From Octopus sinensis (lineage: Eukaryota), in assembly GCF_006345805.1 (NCBI RefSeq), contig NC_042997.1, positions 94,612,001-94,676,000 on the forward strand: DNA of 64,000 nucleotides. The letters run 5' to 3'. The translations under genes were made by a program, and so were the position numbers. Below are positions 14,079 through 27,611 of this stretch, piece after piece. The notes beneath the pieces are model-generated. The model was not told the origin of the DNA, did not search any database, and saw only the letters and a program-made list of their open reading frames with translations. Within the stretch, counting starts at the first letter, position 1; every line of letters starts with the position of its first letter.

Positions 14079-14507
14079 TCTATGCATACATGTATGAGCA
14101 AGTGTGCGTGTAATTGTGTGTTAATACTGTCACATGAGTATAAAGTTATAAAAGAAATCACATATTTAATATTGTATTCATAAAATATTAATTCCATTGC
14201 CAAATGAATAGTTATGAGGAGGGTAATGCTGTTGCCTCGGTAATCGATTTCTGCTGTATTCGATTGCGCAGGACATCCATTTTAAATAATTACATTAGTG
14301 ATTGCTATCCTGCGGTAATATTGAAGTCTTAATCTGAGTAGAATGTACCGGTAGTGCATGCTGTCAATATAAAAGGTCAAAGGTCATTTTTGTAATAAAA
14401 AGACAAAATGGGAAACGAATTCCAACATATGAAAAGATACACACACGCATAGAAACACACACGGTCATATATATACATACACACATACACAAATATATGT
14501 ATATATG

Positions 14508-14570
<63 letters not shown>

Positions 14571-14742
14571 ACACTTCAGAAATTTGTACAGATATACTCA
14601 TAACTATCTATCAGTCTTTCAATGACGGAATGAATCAATCAATCAGCCTATCTCACTCTTCACATATACGTGTGTATATATGAATAAGTATATATATATG
14701 TATGTGTATATATATATATCTATCTATATCTATATCTATCTG

Positions 14743-14794
<52 letters not shown>

Positions 14795-15344
14795 ATATAT
14801 ATATATATATGTATGTATATATATATATATATATATGCATACATACATATATACATCCATATATACATACATATACACATAATACATACATACACACACA
14901 CATACATACTTACATACATGCATATACATATATGTTGCATCGACGAGAGAAAACGTCCGTTTTCTGATGTTGATATGTGCCGGTGAGCATATTCAGAATC
15001 TGTGCATCTGAAATAAATGTGAACGACTTCATCTAAGTTGAAAGTTCAAGAAACGATCGCGTTTATTTCTCAATGAATGATTGATTTTATAGGAGATTTA
15101 AATATAATTAATTTCACCCACACAATTTAAGCTCCTTTATTACATTCACACTAAAAATGATAACAATAAAAAAGGAGAGAGTGAAAATTTTAAATTTCTA
15201 TAAACTTCTTTCTACTCTCAGTAATAAAATGAATAATGATGCAGGATTGAAAATATCAAAACATATACGTTGAAGAGAAGAAATAAAGAGAAAAAAATTG
15301 GAGAAAATGAAGAAATCAGAAAATTAGAACTTCCAAAACACATG

Positions 15345-15348
15345 GTAA

Positions 15349-15399
<51 letters not shown>

Positions 15400-15716
15400 C
15401 AGCACCTGTAATAGTTTTAGTTATATTAGTAATAACAGTACTGATATAAAAGTCGAGAAAAAAGAGGAAGTAGAAAATTATGTTGACGATGATGTGGTTG
15501 TTTTTGGTGATGATGATGATGATGATGATGATAAACTGAAGTAGAGTGAAGAAGAAGAAGAAGAAGAAGGAAGAAGAAGAAGAAAAAGAAAAAGAAGGAA
15601 GAAGAAAAAGAAAAAGAAGAAGGAAGAAGAAGAAGAAGAAGAAGAAGAAGAAGAAGAAGAAGAAGAAGAAGAAGAAGAAGAAGAAGAAAACAACAACAAC
15701 AATAACAACAACGATG
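15345..15716. repeat. Trinucleotide microsatellite cluster (TAG)n, (GAT)n, (GAA)n, (ACA)n
   Basis: Direct reading. Confidence 0.95.
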
Positions 15717-17374
15717 CAGAAACGATATGCAAAAAGATTATGAAAGAGACGAAACGTAAAAGGAAGCGGAATAGGAAACCGTTTTAGTGATGTTTATATT
15801 GGTTGATGTCCAAACAGATATCTGATGAAAAGTTTAAACTTGGTTTAAAATGAAATAGAATGTCAACAAAAATTATAGTCTCGTTGTATAACATTAATTT
15901 AAATTCAAAAATAGTCTGTAGCATCATACCTGTACGTTTACGATAACTATAACTCGTGGAATTTAGATGGTCAGGAAACCTAAATGATTGTTGCATTGAG
16001 ACGTTTTCCTCGGAGTATCAATAAATTGAATGAATTTGATTGTGTGTAAACGAAAATGATGCATGTTCAGTGTATGCTGCACGTATTTAAATTATTATGG
16101 AAATTTTGATAAATAAAAAAGCTAGTTTATATAGATATATATTCATACACACGTATGTATAAATATCATAATATATGCATATATAAAGATATACGTATAT
16201 GATATATATCTACGCACACATACTCACACAGACGCACATTCTCACACACATACACGCACACAAGCTCGCATTGTGTGCATTTCACTAAACCTCAGATATG
16301 CTCTGCAGCAGCTCAGTTATTATCAAATATCTTGGACCTGCATTCCATCTTTTTACTATGGAAGCATCTCAATTTTCTCAACTTCATTTAAAATAGCATT
16401 CGAATCTTTTAAAGGATATTACGCGTGCCAAACGGCAAGATAGAATGATATTTATTGGTTTCCCAATCAGTGTTCTTTATATCACAAATTTTCTCCCTTC
16501 TAGTTCTTGTATCTTGTTAGTGATGCTGTTGATGTTCACTGCATGAACGGAGCAATAATGAAAAACATTCATAATATGACCATAGCATACAATTGTCAAG
16601 TGTTCTGCTTTGGAATAACTTATTCACTATATCCTTTTAAGATAGGAGGATATAATTTAATGAACATTTCCTGCTCTTGTAGCATGAACACTCCCCAGCT
16701 GGTTTGGAAATAGTATGAGGTATTGATTGGTCGATTGTAATTACAAATGTTTCTTCAATTGCTTAACGTAACAGGGTGAATAGTCGAAACTAATTTAGAA
16801 ACATGGTAATGAAAGAAACATTCAAATGTATTGGAGAAAAAGATGTCCCTAAGAATTAGATTGCAATGATAAAGTGAGATGAGGATTGTGACAGAATCTG
16901 TATTTGAATTGGCAATGTACGTATGAAAGGAAAAATGTTTGTGTTAAGAAGAGATTTTACCACTGAATGCACAAAAACGATGGATCCAGAGCAGGGTAAA
17001 GGCGAGGTAATTGGCCAAGATACAAAGAATGATATGGTCGAATAGTTATCGTTATATACACTAGCTCAGAAAGGAATGGAGGAAGCAGATGCATTTAGAA
17101 GATTGCGAGAGGGAAACGTCCAGTTAGAATAGCTGGATGTCTGTTAAACTGTTATCCATTGTGCAGCACAAGTACCGACACTGAAACCTGCTTAAGCATG
17201 GAATCTGCTTTTTAGAAGACAGTTTGCAAATGGGGTATAAATGGGACAGCTAAAATAACTTTAGATAAATCTAGATAAGTGAAGGTAGGTGTAGGTAAGT
17301 TTATATCAATGAAGAATGGGAATCATAAATGAAGATTTGTCCAGTGGTTTAATATCATATTTTGTATTTTGCTT

Positions 17375-17850
17375 TAGTCTACGACTGACCAAGATACTCT
17401 CGCGGAATGTGACCAACTGTGTTTTATTTTTGAACATAATACCTCTTGCGGTGCACATACTCCATCCAGCGGTGTTGCAGTGCTTGGATCCCTTTGGTTA
17501 AGAAACTTTCATCCTGTTGCTCGAAAAAGTCACCAACAACTGAAAAGACTTATCATCACTGCGATACTGGTTCCCAGCAATATTTCTTCATATTGCAGAA
17601 CAGTGATAATCAGATGGGGCCAAATCAGGAGGATAGGGATGCGGATCAACGAGTTCAAATCCACAGTCATGCACACCAGCCATTGGTAGCAAGGAATTGT
17701 GTGCTGGAGCATTGTCCTGATGAAACAAGGCCACTTCCTTCAGATTTCTTGGTGGTTACGTTGTGATATTTTTGCCTATATGCCTCAGCAAGTTTCCATA
17801 ATACTCTCCATTGATGGCGTGGTTCTTTTGAAGACAGTTAATGCATCAAT
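17375..17850 (-). mobile_element. Mariner transposase 3' remnant
   Basis: Minus frames give LFHQDNAPAH and HPYPPDLAPSDYH. Confidence 0.8.
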
Positions 17851-17884
17851 GTATGAATATATGTTTGCATGTATGTATGTATAT

Positions 17885-18110
17885 GTGTGTGTGTGTCTTT
17901 GTGTCTGTTTTTGTTCCCTCATCAGCGCTCGTCAACTGGCGTTGGGGTGTTTACGTACCCGTAACTTAGCGGTTCAGCAAACTAAAAATATAGAATAAGT
18001 ACTAGGCTTAAAAATAAATCCAGGGGTTCATTTGTTTCACTAAAAAAATCCAAGGTGGTACTCCTGCATGGCTGCAGTCAAATGACAGAAGTAAAAGAAT
18101 AAAAAAATAA
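17885..18110 (+). mobile_element. SINE family A, 3' half
   Basis: ggtgtttacgt.ccgtaacttagcggttc.gcaaa...gaataagtactaggctta...gcatggctgcagtcaaatgac. Confidence 0.75.
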
Positions 18111-18904
18111 ACATATAGTATTAGATTCGGCTGTACTTTCACTGCTATTGAAAAGCTGTATGACAAGAGCAGGTATAAGTTGATGCACTAAGAGAAGCTA
18201 AGGTTAACATCCTACTGCTATATTATATACGGTTATTCGATACTATTACACAACCAACAACAGAAAACGAAAGAACAAATTCGTTTTAAGCTGTCAAAGG
18301 AATTATGTTATATTTTAATATAAATATCATAGAATTATTTCTATATCCATCTTAACGTGGAAGGTGACTATTTGCGGTACCAATGCCTGGATAGTGGCTG
18401 AGATTCTATTTGTCTCTGACTGGAGATACAGCTGTTATCGTGCTACTGAACATCTTTAACTGAGGAGCGTAAAGCAGAATGAAATCACGTGATCTAATTG
18501 TTCTGGCGGCCGCAACAGACAATTCTTGCTAGTCGACGATATAATTACGAGTGTTGTTATGCATCACAATCCCTTATAAGAGATCCTCGCAAGGTAAATA
18601 GCGTAATAGTCTGTGTCTTAACACAACCTTCCTGTCATGTTGGAGATAAACATTAAGCTTTGGCATTAAATACTGCTTCTGGCGCTATTGATTATTCATA
18701 GAACTATAATGATGTACTTTTAATTCAGATTAATTATTTTTTGCCGGTATTTACCACATCATGTCGATTTCTGAGGGCAAAAATACACAGGCCAAATACT
18801 ATTGATTTCAATTTATCGTTACATTTATTTTTACTCGCGAGTTTATATTTTATTACTGCTATGCCATTTGAATATGATAATGAAAAAACATCTGGATGCC
18901 ACTG

Positions 18905-18908
18905 CTCC

Positions 18909-18961
<53 letters not shown>

Positions 18962-19130
18962 CTGATAATGATGACAATGATAATGATCACCATAATGAAG
19001 ATGATGAGGATGATGGTAGTGGTGGTTGTGGTGCTGATGATGATAAGGATGCTGATGATATTGATGAGGGTGCATTTAATGACGATAAACGTGACTTATT
19101 AATCGTACTAATAATGTTGGTTATAATGAT
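18905..19130. repeat. (GAT)n microsatellite with a degenerate extension
   Basis: Direct reading. Confidence 0.9.
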
Positions 19131-19442
19131 GAGAATAACTGTCATGTTATTGATGCTGTGCGTACTGTCCCTCTAGCTTACAGACTTTTCGATGTTATTT
19201 CGATGCAAATTATAATATTGATTACATTTGTGAGCCTAATTTTTTCTAACTTTCAATGGCAATACAGAAAATCATAATATACCAGAAGCGATCACCTCAT
19301 AAGCTTGTAGACTGTAACTTAAAGATTATAGAATTAACATTATCTCGTTGAGATATTACTTGGAAATTTAAGGAACATATTACATATCATCGAAAGGATA
19401 AGAGAGGGATGTAATCTTAATATTAAATATATATATTCAAGA

Positions 19443-19553
19443 AGGTGAGCTAGCAGAACCCTTACCGCACCGAGTAAAATGCTTAGCGGCATTTCGTCCG
19501 TCTTTAATTTCTGAGTTCAAAGTCAGCCGAGGTCGACTTTGTCTTTCATCGGC
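19443..19553 (+). mobile_element. SINE family B, 5' part
   Basis: gagctagcagaac...aaatgcttagcggcatttcgtc...ctgagttcaaa...ccgaggtcgactttg. Confidence 0.8.
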
Positions 19554-19739
19554 CTTGAGTTAAAATTTGAAATCAACATTAAGTATACATCTGAAAGTTT
19601 TGATATCCACTGCAGTCACTGCAATTGTAGTGTTGGTATTTAATCTCACGCAAAATTTTCATAACCCTCTCGATCAAGGAGCACTATTAATATTAATACC
19701 AAATTTTCTCAGATGGCCAACAATTTTGGGGTAGAAGTA

Positions 19740-19880
19740 TGTCATTACATTGACCCTGGTATTCAAGTGGTACTTATATTATCGACACTGAAAGTATGAT
19801 AGGCAAAGTCAACCTCCGCCGAATTGGGGTTTAGAACATGAGAACGGACGAAATGCCGTTAAGCATTTTGCCCGGCATGC
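19740..19880 (-). mobile_element. SINE family B copy, inverted relative to 19443
   Basis: ggcaaagtcaacctc...acggacgaaatgccgttaagcattttgcccggc. Confidence 0.75.
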
Positions 19881-21185
19881 AAGTATTGGGTATTATTCAT
19901 ATTATATCAAGTAGAGTGAAAACTGTATTAACCATAAAAAGTGTAAATCGTGGGTTGTAAGTCTTCAAAGTTTATTTCTTCATAAGAATTAAAACTTTTA
20001 CTACTAAATTCAAGATTAAAACTCCACATCATTTCAATGTAATGCAAAAATACCGAAAGAACATTTGAAAACGTTAGAGAGAAAAAAAAATGTTTTAGAA
20101 AATCTTTATAAAAATGCTATTCGTTTGACAACCCTTCATTGAATAGATCGTAAATCATTGGATTTTATCTTCTAATACACAATGAATTGCGCAATATATT
20201 GACTTAATGAGAATATGAGCTAGATAGAGCAAGTAGTGAGAAAAGAAGAAAGTATTGGCCAAATCTGAATTCAAGTCACGATTCAAACTGAAAGAAGAAT
20301 CTAAAGTCGTCAAATAGCTTATGCATCAGTATCGTTGTTTCAAAATTATTCATACAATACGTTTATTGTACATCGTGTCTCGACCGCCAATACAGTCATT
20401 TTGTGAAATTTTTTTCCCCACAATGTGTCTAGCTATTTATCGGAGATTACAAAAAAATATAGTTTCAGCTTAGCTTTGAGAATACAGGTATTATTTAACT
20501 GTTTTGGAATTATTCCAGTCTTTTGAGTTTTCTTTTCAACTTACACAATATACTGTATTTCTCAAAATTAAAAACTGCAATGCAGCACGTATGAATTGCG
20601 AAATAGAAATAATACCGAAATATTCTGGTATGTCATAATTACCTGCACATGTTCAGTGTTTTAATATCAATAGTGAATAAACTATATCATCAGAGCAGAA
20701 GATCTTATCAAATTATTTCGCAACGCATGTTTTATTGATGTTCTGACACGATTCGTGTTGCATAACCTGAGCTATCATCATCGGAGAACAGAAACTGGAA
20801 AAAGCAAGCACCTTCACTTATTTGGTTAATATAAATAGAAGTGGAAGTATACTCAGTGATTGCATATGAGCAAGGCTGGTGTATTTGGAAGATTGAAATG
20901 GAGACTAGGACTAGCAAACAGAAACGGTCCGAGTCAAATGAAATGTATACGGAACATTAGTAGAATTATTATCTACTATATTACACAGATCGTAGAAATG
21001 GCAATTATAATGTAAAGTGATAAAAATTAATAAATATTACTCAATAAACATTACTCAATAAAACAAGTTCAAGAATGTCATCATGCTGAAGAATGCTTAT
21101 GTCTGTAGCATATAAGAAATAATGGTACAATAAAACTATTACTAGACTGGGCATGTCCGAAAAATAAAAACAATTATCAAGAAAA

Positions 21186-21464
21186 TGGCGTAATTTTTAA
21201 GAGCGCGGGCTACTAACCCCAATATTCCGAGTTCGATTCCAGGCGGTGACCTGAATAACAAAAACAACAACAACAACAGCAGCAGCAGCAACAACAACAA
21301 TTATAATAATAATAATAACATCGAAAAATACCTGAGGAATGAGAGCCCAGGTTCGAAACTTCCCCAACACACTTGATGAAGTTTGGAGGGTATATCAGCT
21401 GAAATGTTGTGTTAACAAAAAAGATGAGGACAAATATCAGTCAAATGTAAATAATGTAAATAAT
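21186..21464 (+). mobile_element. SINE family D: tRNA-like head, (CAA/TAA)n linker, hammerhead relic and a tail also found after a PLE RT fragment
   Basis: A-box-like tggcgtaa, B box gagttcgattcc; TTGATGA...GAAATGTT relic 21373-21408; tail aagatgaggacaaatatcagtcaaatgtaaataatgt matches 61107-61161. Confidence 0.6.
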
Positions 21465-22029
21465 ATAAATACTGAACGTTCATATAGTAGACTTATAGCT
21501 CTTTAATATATGTTCTGATGTTTTGTCACACTTCAGATGTTCTATAAGATACTTAGAATCAATAAATTTTGTTTCAATCAGAACATCTAGGATCGCTTTT
21601 CCCAACTTGCCTTCCTCTTTGAATATGTAAGGGTGTGTTTCAGAGAGATCATGATGCTTGTTGTATCAGGTGATGTAACAATATAATGTCATCTTGGTAT
21701 GTAAGTGATGACAAATGAGAACTATCGATTGATATAAATGCAGTGCACTTCCATTTTTAAAATTGGGTGAATTTTTAGGAAGATTTAGTTGGTATTTCTA
21801 GCGAATCAAACGCATTGTAGACATTTATATTGAACGTATGATAGTGACATGGAACTAACCGCCTTAAATATTCTTGAAAGATGAGAGATGATCTGAAATT
21901 GCAGCCAGAGATCGTGATTTCAATTTCTTGACCGGGTGGGGCATTACGTTCTTGAGACAAAAGCTTCGTATCACATTGCTCTGCGATCTCTTCGACATAT
22001 GGTGCGTGTTACATCGTGCACATTTTCAG

Positions 22030-22323
22030 GCTTGTTGATTTGATAGAGAGAGTGCACTATTATATCCCACAAACATTTCATCAATGTAAACGAATGATTT
22101 GTGCAACAAGAAATTGTGCAACCGTCTTTCTCGAACTGCGAGAAACTACCATCTTCTATAAAATGGTAACCCACACTCCCTCGGTTAAGACGAGTGTTCC
22201 CGTTGATCCGATCAACGGAACAACGTTTTGTGAAATTAACGGGCAAGTGGCTGAATACTTCACAGTCACGCGTACCCTTAATGTAATTCTGACAGAGATT
22301 CAATATAAAACAGAATGTGAAAG
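22030..22323 (+). CDS. Candidate internal exon of an unidentified protein-coding gene (LVDLIERVHYYIPQTFHQCKRMIC...IQYKTECE)
   Basis: cattttcag| acceptor, AAG|gtaggc donor, 294 nt, phase 2-2, single open plus frame; the antisense same-register frame is also open for about 110 codons. Confidence 0.4.
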
Positions 22324-22379
22324 GTAGGCCCTTAGAATTACATATACAATTAATTTTTGTCGCTTTGAGTGAACTGGAG

Positions 22380-22490
22380 TAATGTGAAATTACGTGTCTT
22401 GCTTAATGACACAACGTATCACTGGGTATCTAACTCACAATGTTACAATCGTGAGATGAATACCCTGACCACTTAGCCACGTAACTTCAC
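22380..22490 (-). mobile_element. SINE family C, decayed head
   Basis: gtgaaattacgtgtcttgct.aa.gacacaacg...aatcgtgag..gaataccct.accact.agccacg. Confidence 0.55.
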
Positions 22491-23347
22491 ACTATCATCC
22501 ACACACACACATGTATGGATATGCCTATATACTTACGTACATAAACAAACAGAATATGCATACATACATATATACATAATGCATATATACAAATACACAA
22601 GCATATTACATGTACTCTACGACACACTTATGTGTGAATATATCGTGTATAAAAATGAAACCTGCTTATATAATACATAAAACTGTAAAAATATTTGAAT
22701 GTTATAGTTTACATCATGTATAAAAATCAATTTCTACATGGAAAATATTTCCTAAATTAATATATTTTTCACCCAGATCGTAAAAGTGCAGGTAAGATCC
22801 GGAACTCTAATATGAATGGTTGACTACCTAGTAATTAAACTCTAGTCCTCGAGTGACCAAGCCGTTGAGGTAAACAAGATAATGAAAATTTATTAATTCA
22901 AAAGTTTTTCGAATGTAAAATTTGTATGCGTTTCTCGGCAAATGATATCCATCAGGTAATTACTGGAATCAATGAATGGAAAAAAGCTGCGCATTTTTCC
23001 AGTGAAGCGATTAGATAATAATTGCATCCACGAACTACTTAAGTCTATTGAAAAATATTACTATCTCAAATTAATGTTGTTAGCCGATATTTGGATTAAT
23101 TCATTAGCAATGTTACTATTATTAATCAAAATATAATTAAATACATAGAAAATATAAGGTTGGTCGTATGCTTCTCTGTAAACGTCCGTAGATTCAATGA
23201 ACTCATTTGTTTATCGGTAAGCGTAAGTGAATAATTGGCTATTTTTTTTTAAGAATGATCAATACAAATATACATTCGTTTCAATGATTAGCGGCACAAT
23301 ATTGTTAATAATAAACAAATAATTATTTAAAAAAATATTATGAATAG

Positions 23348-25260
23348 TATAGAAATGCAAGTTTATTCAACCTAATGTCCAGACAAATAGTCTGCTGTAT
23401 TACTTTCTTTGTACTATTGGTCTTCGAATATGACAAAGAAACCAATTATCGCATCTGTTGGATTGACATTTACACTATCACGAGCATCTCAGTAGAGGTA
23501 TCTGAATATTACACTGTTTAAATATTTAATTTGCCAGTGATAATTTTGTAAGAATTAATCATAACTAGTACTTTTGAATATTTCTATTTGTAAATTCTAA
23601 CATAAAACCTTGAATACCTTTTTGAAAAATTCATTAAAAATCCGTACGATGCTCCTTTTGCGAGATTCCTGCAAAACAAATATGTTTGTGCGGATTTCTC
23701 CATACTTCTCAGGGCTGTTTATGCATTCAGGCATTTAAAATTTGAAATTGCTTTAGATCAGTTAATTATAGTGAAAGATAAACTAAATTTCCTTCATGCT
23801 TGGTGATGAATAAAAATATCATTAGCGTGAGTAATATGAAATTACAAGAAACGAAAAGTAATAGACATTGCTTGGTGAAATCATATACCTTCATTCCTTC
23901 CTTCGTTCATTCACTCATTCATTCAAAAACATTTGCATTATCAACTAAATCAACTATACCAAGAATTTAATTTTTAATTGGACACATGATACACATTTCG
24001 TAAGAAGCTTGTAATTTATTAAACCTATGAAGCAATATCTCTCGTAGACATTTTGTCTACATGAAAGTGTTAAAAGGAATGGTCACTGCATGGTTTGAAT
24101 GTATGTAGTTGTTAGTTGCTGGAAGAGCTAAATATACAATTAAAATAACATTATAATGTCCACGTAATATATTTTATTATTGACACCAACGTACATTCAT
24201 ACATATTAGTTTATATAACCATTGCAGGTAACAGTTATATAAATATAGAGATGATGAATTTTGAACATAGTCACGAAGTCACAGATTTTAAGAAGATGGT
24301 ATTATCAATTAAGTTCATTGCATTATTTGTCTGCTGCTATGGGTATAATTGTAAACAATATCCATTGTTAGGCGTCTGTTTTGGGCACTTTCATGATTTT
24401 CAGAAGTGTGGAACAACCTCTTAGCCACTGTTATTCCCAGTTCTTCTCTAACTAGGATAAGTAGCACCTGTCAGAGCTCCAGCTATGCGTTAATGAGCTT
24501 ATTAGGTTTTTCCTACCTATGCTTGTGAAGATTGGATACGGGGTATTCTAAAAAAATATTCGTGGCTCAACTGAAGGAAAGGTAACTGTAAGGAGCAAGA
24601 TGACGCAACTCAAACATTTTGGTCATCTAATGCATTTGTCTATTCCCATTCGTGTGGACTTGGTTTTGACACAAGCCTTGACAGGGCGCAAGCATTCTTT
24701 CCGTTAAACAAAGACACTGTGTTATCAGTCATCCTTGAAGACGACTAGACGGTCGTTGTCGCGCCGAAGAACGAAAATGAGTCGAGATACGTCGGAAGCA
24801 TAACAATTAAAGTCGATATCGACAAGGTGGCGAACAGAGAAACAAGAAACAAAGAAGCTTTTAATAAAAAATGTTAATGATGTCTATAATTATGTTATGA
24901 AGATATCTACTGATAATGACAAACAAGACTATTAATGTGAAGAGTGCAACGATTTACATCCCCAAAACTTATTATTTACAGAAGGTCGATATTTATATAT
25001 AGAGCAGAGCAACTTGAATTTTTCTTGAATTTTATCCTTTACTTTAACGGCAGTTATGAGGGTAAATGCATCTCTCTTTAAACTTTGCAGTTAGACGTAG
25101 AGGCATCTAGATATGATTCATTAACATTTATGTTATCATCCTATTCTTAAAGGTTCTGACATTAATGTGAAAGATAACATATATAGGTTCTCTGGTTTTC
25201 TGTTAGAAATCATTTACCAGCATCTTCGGAATTAATGATATCCAGGTGCCCTTGTCAAAT
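23348..25260 (+). pseudogene. Stop-poor decayed reading-frame islands of unknown origin (pseudogene or old TE ORF)
   Basis: 23348-23806: 153 codons with 4 internal TAA; 24506-24877: 123 codons with 2 internal stops; GSDINVKDN at 25152-25178. Confidence 0.3.
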
Positions 25261-25657
25261 TGATTGGATAATCTACAGTAAGTATTTTTACCGTTAAACA
25301 TACAGAAACAACCAGTAGGTTCTTTTGGAACACCTTGCGATAGATTACAATTTTACTGCGTTTGTCTTAAACATGTTGCAATGGTTGTTGTAATATGTAT
25401 ATGTGTGTGTGTGCGCGTGCGTGTGAGAGTATGTGTACCTGTTAGTGTTGCAGCTGCTTCAAATGAATTTTTCTGATGATTTATTAGAAATATCATTACC
25501 TACACAACGTCGATTTTTGTCCTGTCTACATATGTAGAGGCCAAAGAGTAATCTAAACCATATTCATTTTTAGGATCATAAACAACACTGTTCAAATCAT
25601 CACCATTATTATCGTCACCGTTATCATCGTCATCGTCGTCGTCGTCATCATCATCGT

Positions 25658-25824
25658 TAGTTTTGGCTTGCCTCAGGTTTGGTCATATTCCCGGTAGGAT
25701 TTATGTGGGTAGCGTGTGAGTACCTGTAACCTAAGATAGCCGCAAGTTTTCCGCTGTCTTTCAAGTGCTTAGAACATTCCTAATAATCCTTGCTGCCCTT
25801 AAGAGACAAACTTTCTGGAGGAGC

Positions 25825-25912
<88 letters not shown>

Positions 25913-27430
25913 ATTCGGTTTTGGCTACGCGGAATAGATTGAGTAATCCCTTGTTGCGTAAAGCTCCTTCATGCCCTTTTTGTACTTCTTTTGTTTTTCC
26001 TTTTTTACTCTGCTTTCAATACTCCCTCATTCTTAACAAACACTAGTCAGGTTTCTTTAGTTTGGGCTAGGTGTCTCATTAAGCTCTTGGGTTCGACACA
26101 TACGCATTCTTCCACACTTATCAGTCCCCTTCTTCCATTTGCTCTCTTCATGTATTGGCTATCAGTGTCAGCACTTGGATGATAGGTTCCAGGCATTGTC
26201 AGGAGCTTTCTTGTCTTCCTGTGCAACTCCTTTAGCTCCTCGTCTGTCCACTTAAGGATTTCCAGCAGCATATAGAACTGCTGTGACTGCGCGCGTTTAT
26301 TCCGAAATTATGTTTCTGGCATTCAACTTTGAAGCCAATATTTCTCTCACTCGCCGTATGTACTCTTTCTTTATCTTTTATTTCATATTGTTGTGTTTAA
26401 TTCTATCTGCCTCAAGTATTCCCAGGTATTTATAACTGGATTGCCTTCATCTTTCCACCACTTGACATCCATATGCATTCTGCCCTCACTCATTAACATC
26501 GTAGCTCATTTTCTGAGTCCTAACTCCATCTTAATATCATTCGAGAAATACAGTTCTGCTTCACTTTTTGTGAATAACTTCTAGTAGTCCATGAATAGCA
26601 AATGGTTCAGTTTTCTCTTATGTTTCCCAGATCATACCCCAACATTGTCTTCTGTGGTGTTTCACTCAAGGGGATCATTCCCAACGAAAATATAACTGGG
26701 TACACGCTGTGTCTCTGAAATATTTCTCTCTTGATTTTCATCTCTCCTAGTACCTGACTCCCTGTTGTCAATTCACTTCTCCAGCATTTCATACTGTTCC
26801 ATATAAGACTACTACTCCATACATTTCCATTGTTCTTGTTATCCAGGTGTGTGATTGCATATCGTATGTTTTATGATAGTCAATTCATGCCATGATCAGG
26901 TTTGTGTGTCTTTTGCAGTTACTGATAATTAGATTATCAATTAACAACTATCCTTGCGTTCCCCGCCTCTTCTTTCGGTACTATTTCTGTTCAAGCGGTA
27001 GCAGCTCGCTTTATTCTAAGTGTCTATACAGTTAACTGGCCAAAGCATCTGACAACAGTCACCACATTAGCAGAAGACATTATTCGTCGAAAGGTGTATG
27101 CAACATTACTCTTTTCAGGACCCTTGGCACATAACAATGTGTTTCTCTTTGTCACCCAACTGAGCACTGCACCTTCCTGCGAGCACTCATTTAGATGTTG
27201 CGCTATCCTTTCATGGAGTCTTCTTCATCCAATAACCTTGGGTTCCATCCGGTCCTGGGCTATTTTTATCATCTCTGTAGTTATTTTGATGTTGTCTTGG
27301 CTTTCTATATTTCTTAACCTATCTTCGATTTCATGCAGCCATTCCGCTTCATCATTATGCTTTACAGGTTGGTCCTAGATTCTTCCCAGAATGCCCTGCT
27401 TTCCTATGCACCTGGCATCATTGTTATGTG
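25658..27430 (-). mobile_element. Old, internally deleted R4/Dong-type non-LTR retrotransposon
   Basis: Fragments LKWTDEELKELHRKTRKLLT..YHPSAD (parallel to the young copy), APGPDG-like region near 27250, 3' end QKVCLLRAARIIRNVLST at 25765-25825; interrupted by (ATT/GTT)n. Confidence 0.8.
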
Positions 27431-27436
27431 TAATCG

Positions 27437-27439
<3 letters not shown>

Positions 27440-27512
<73 letters not shown>

Positions 27513-27574
27513 GTTGTTGTTGTTGTTGTTATTATTATTATTATTATTATTATCGGTGTTGTTGTTGTTGCTTC

Positions 27575-27609
<35 letters not shown>
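27440..27609. repeat. (ATT)n/(GTT)n microsatellite between the two LINE copies
   Basis: Direct reading. Confidence 0.95.

Positions 27610-27611
<2 letters not shown>

Noticed and set aside
15478-15743. Poly-Lys and poly-Ser ORFs
   Set aside because: They arise from a (GAA)n microsatellite.
16500-17330. Possible very old LINE remnant on the minus strand
   Set aside because: No diagnostic RT or endonuclease motif could be read.
18734-19176. Poly-Asp/His/Met ORFs resembling an acidic protein
   Set aside because: All frames are open only because of (GAT)n; no splice or domain support.
23618-23668. 51-nt minus-strand mini-exon (ttttgcag|...AAG|gtattc)
   Set aside because: Weak donor, no partner exon, and it overlaps a longer stop-poor frame on both strands.
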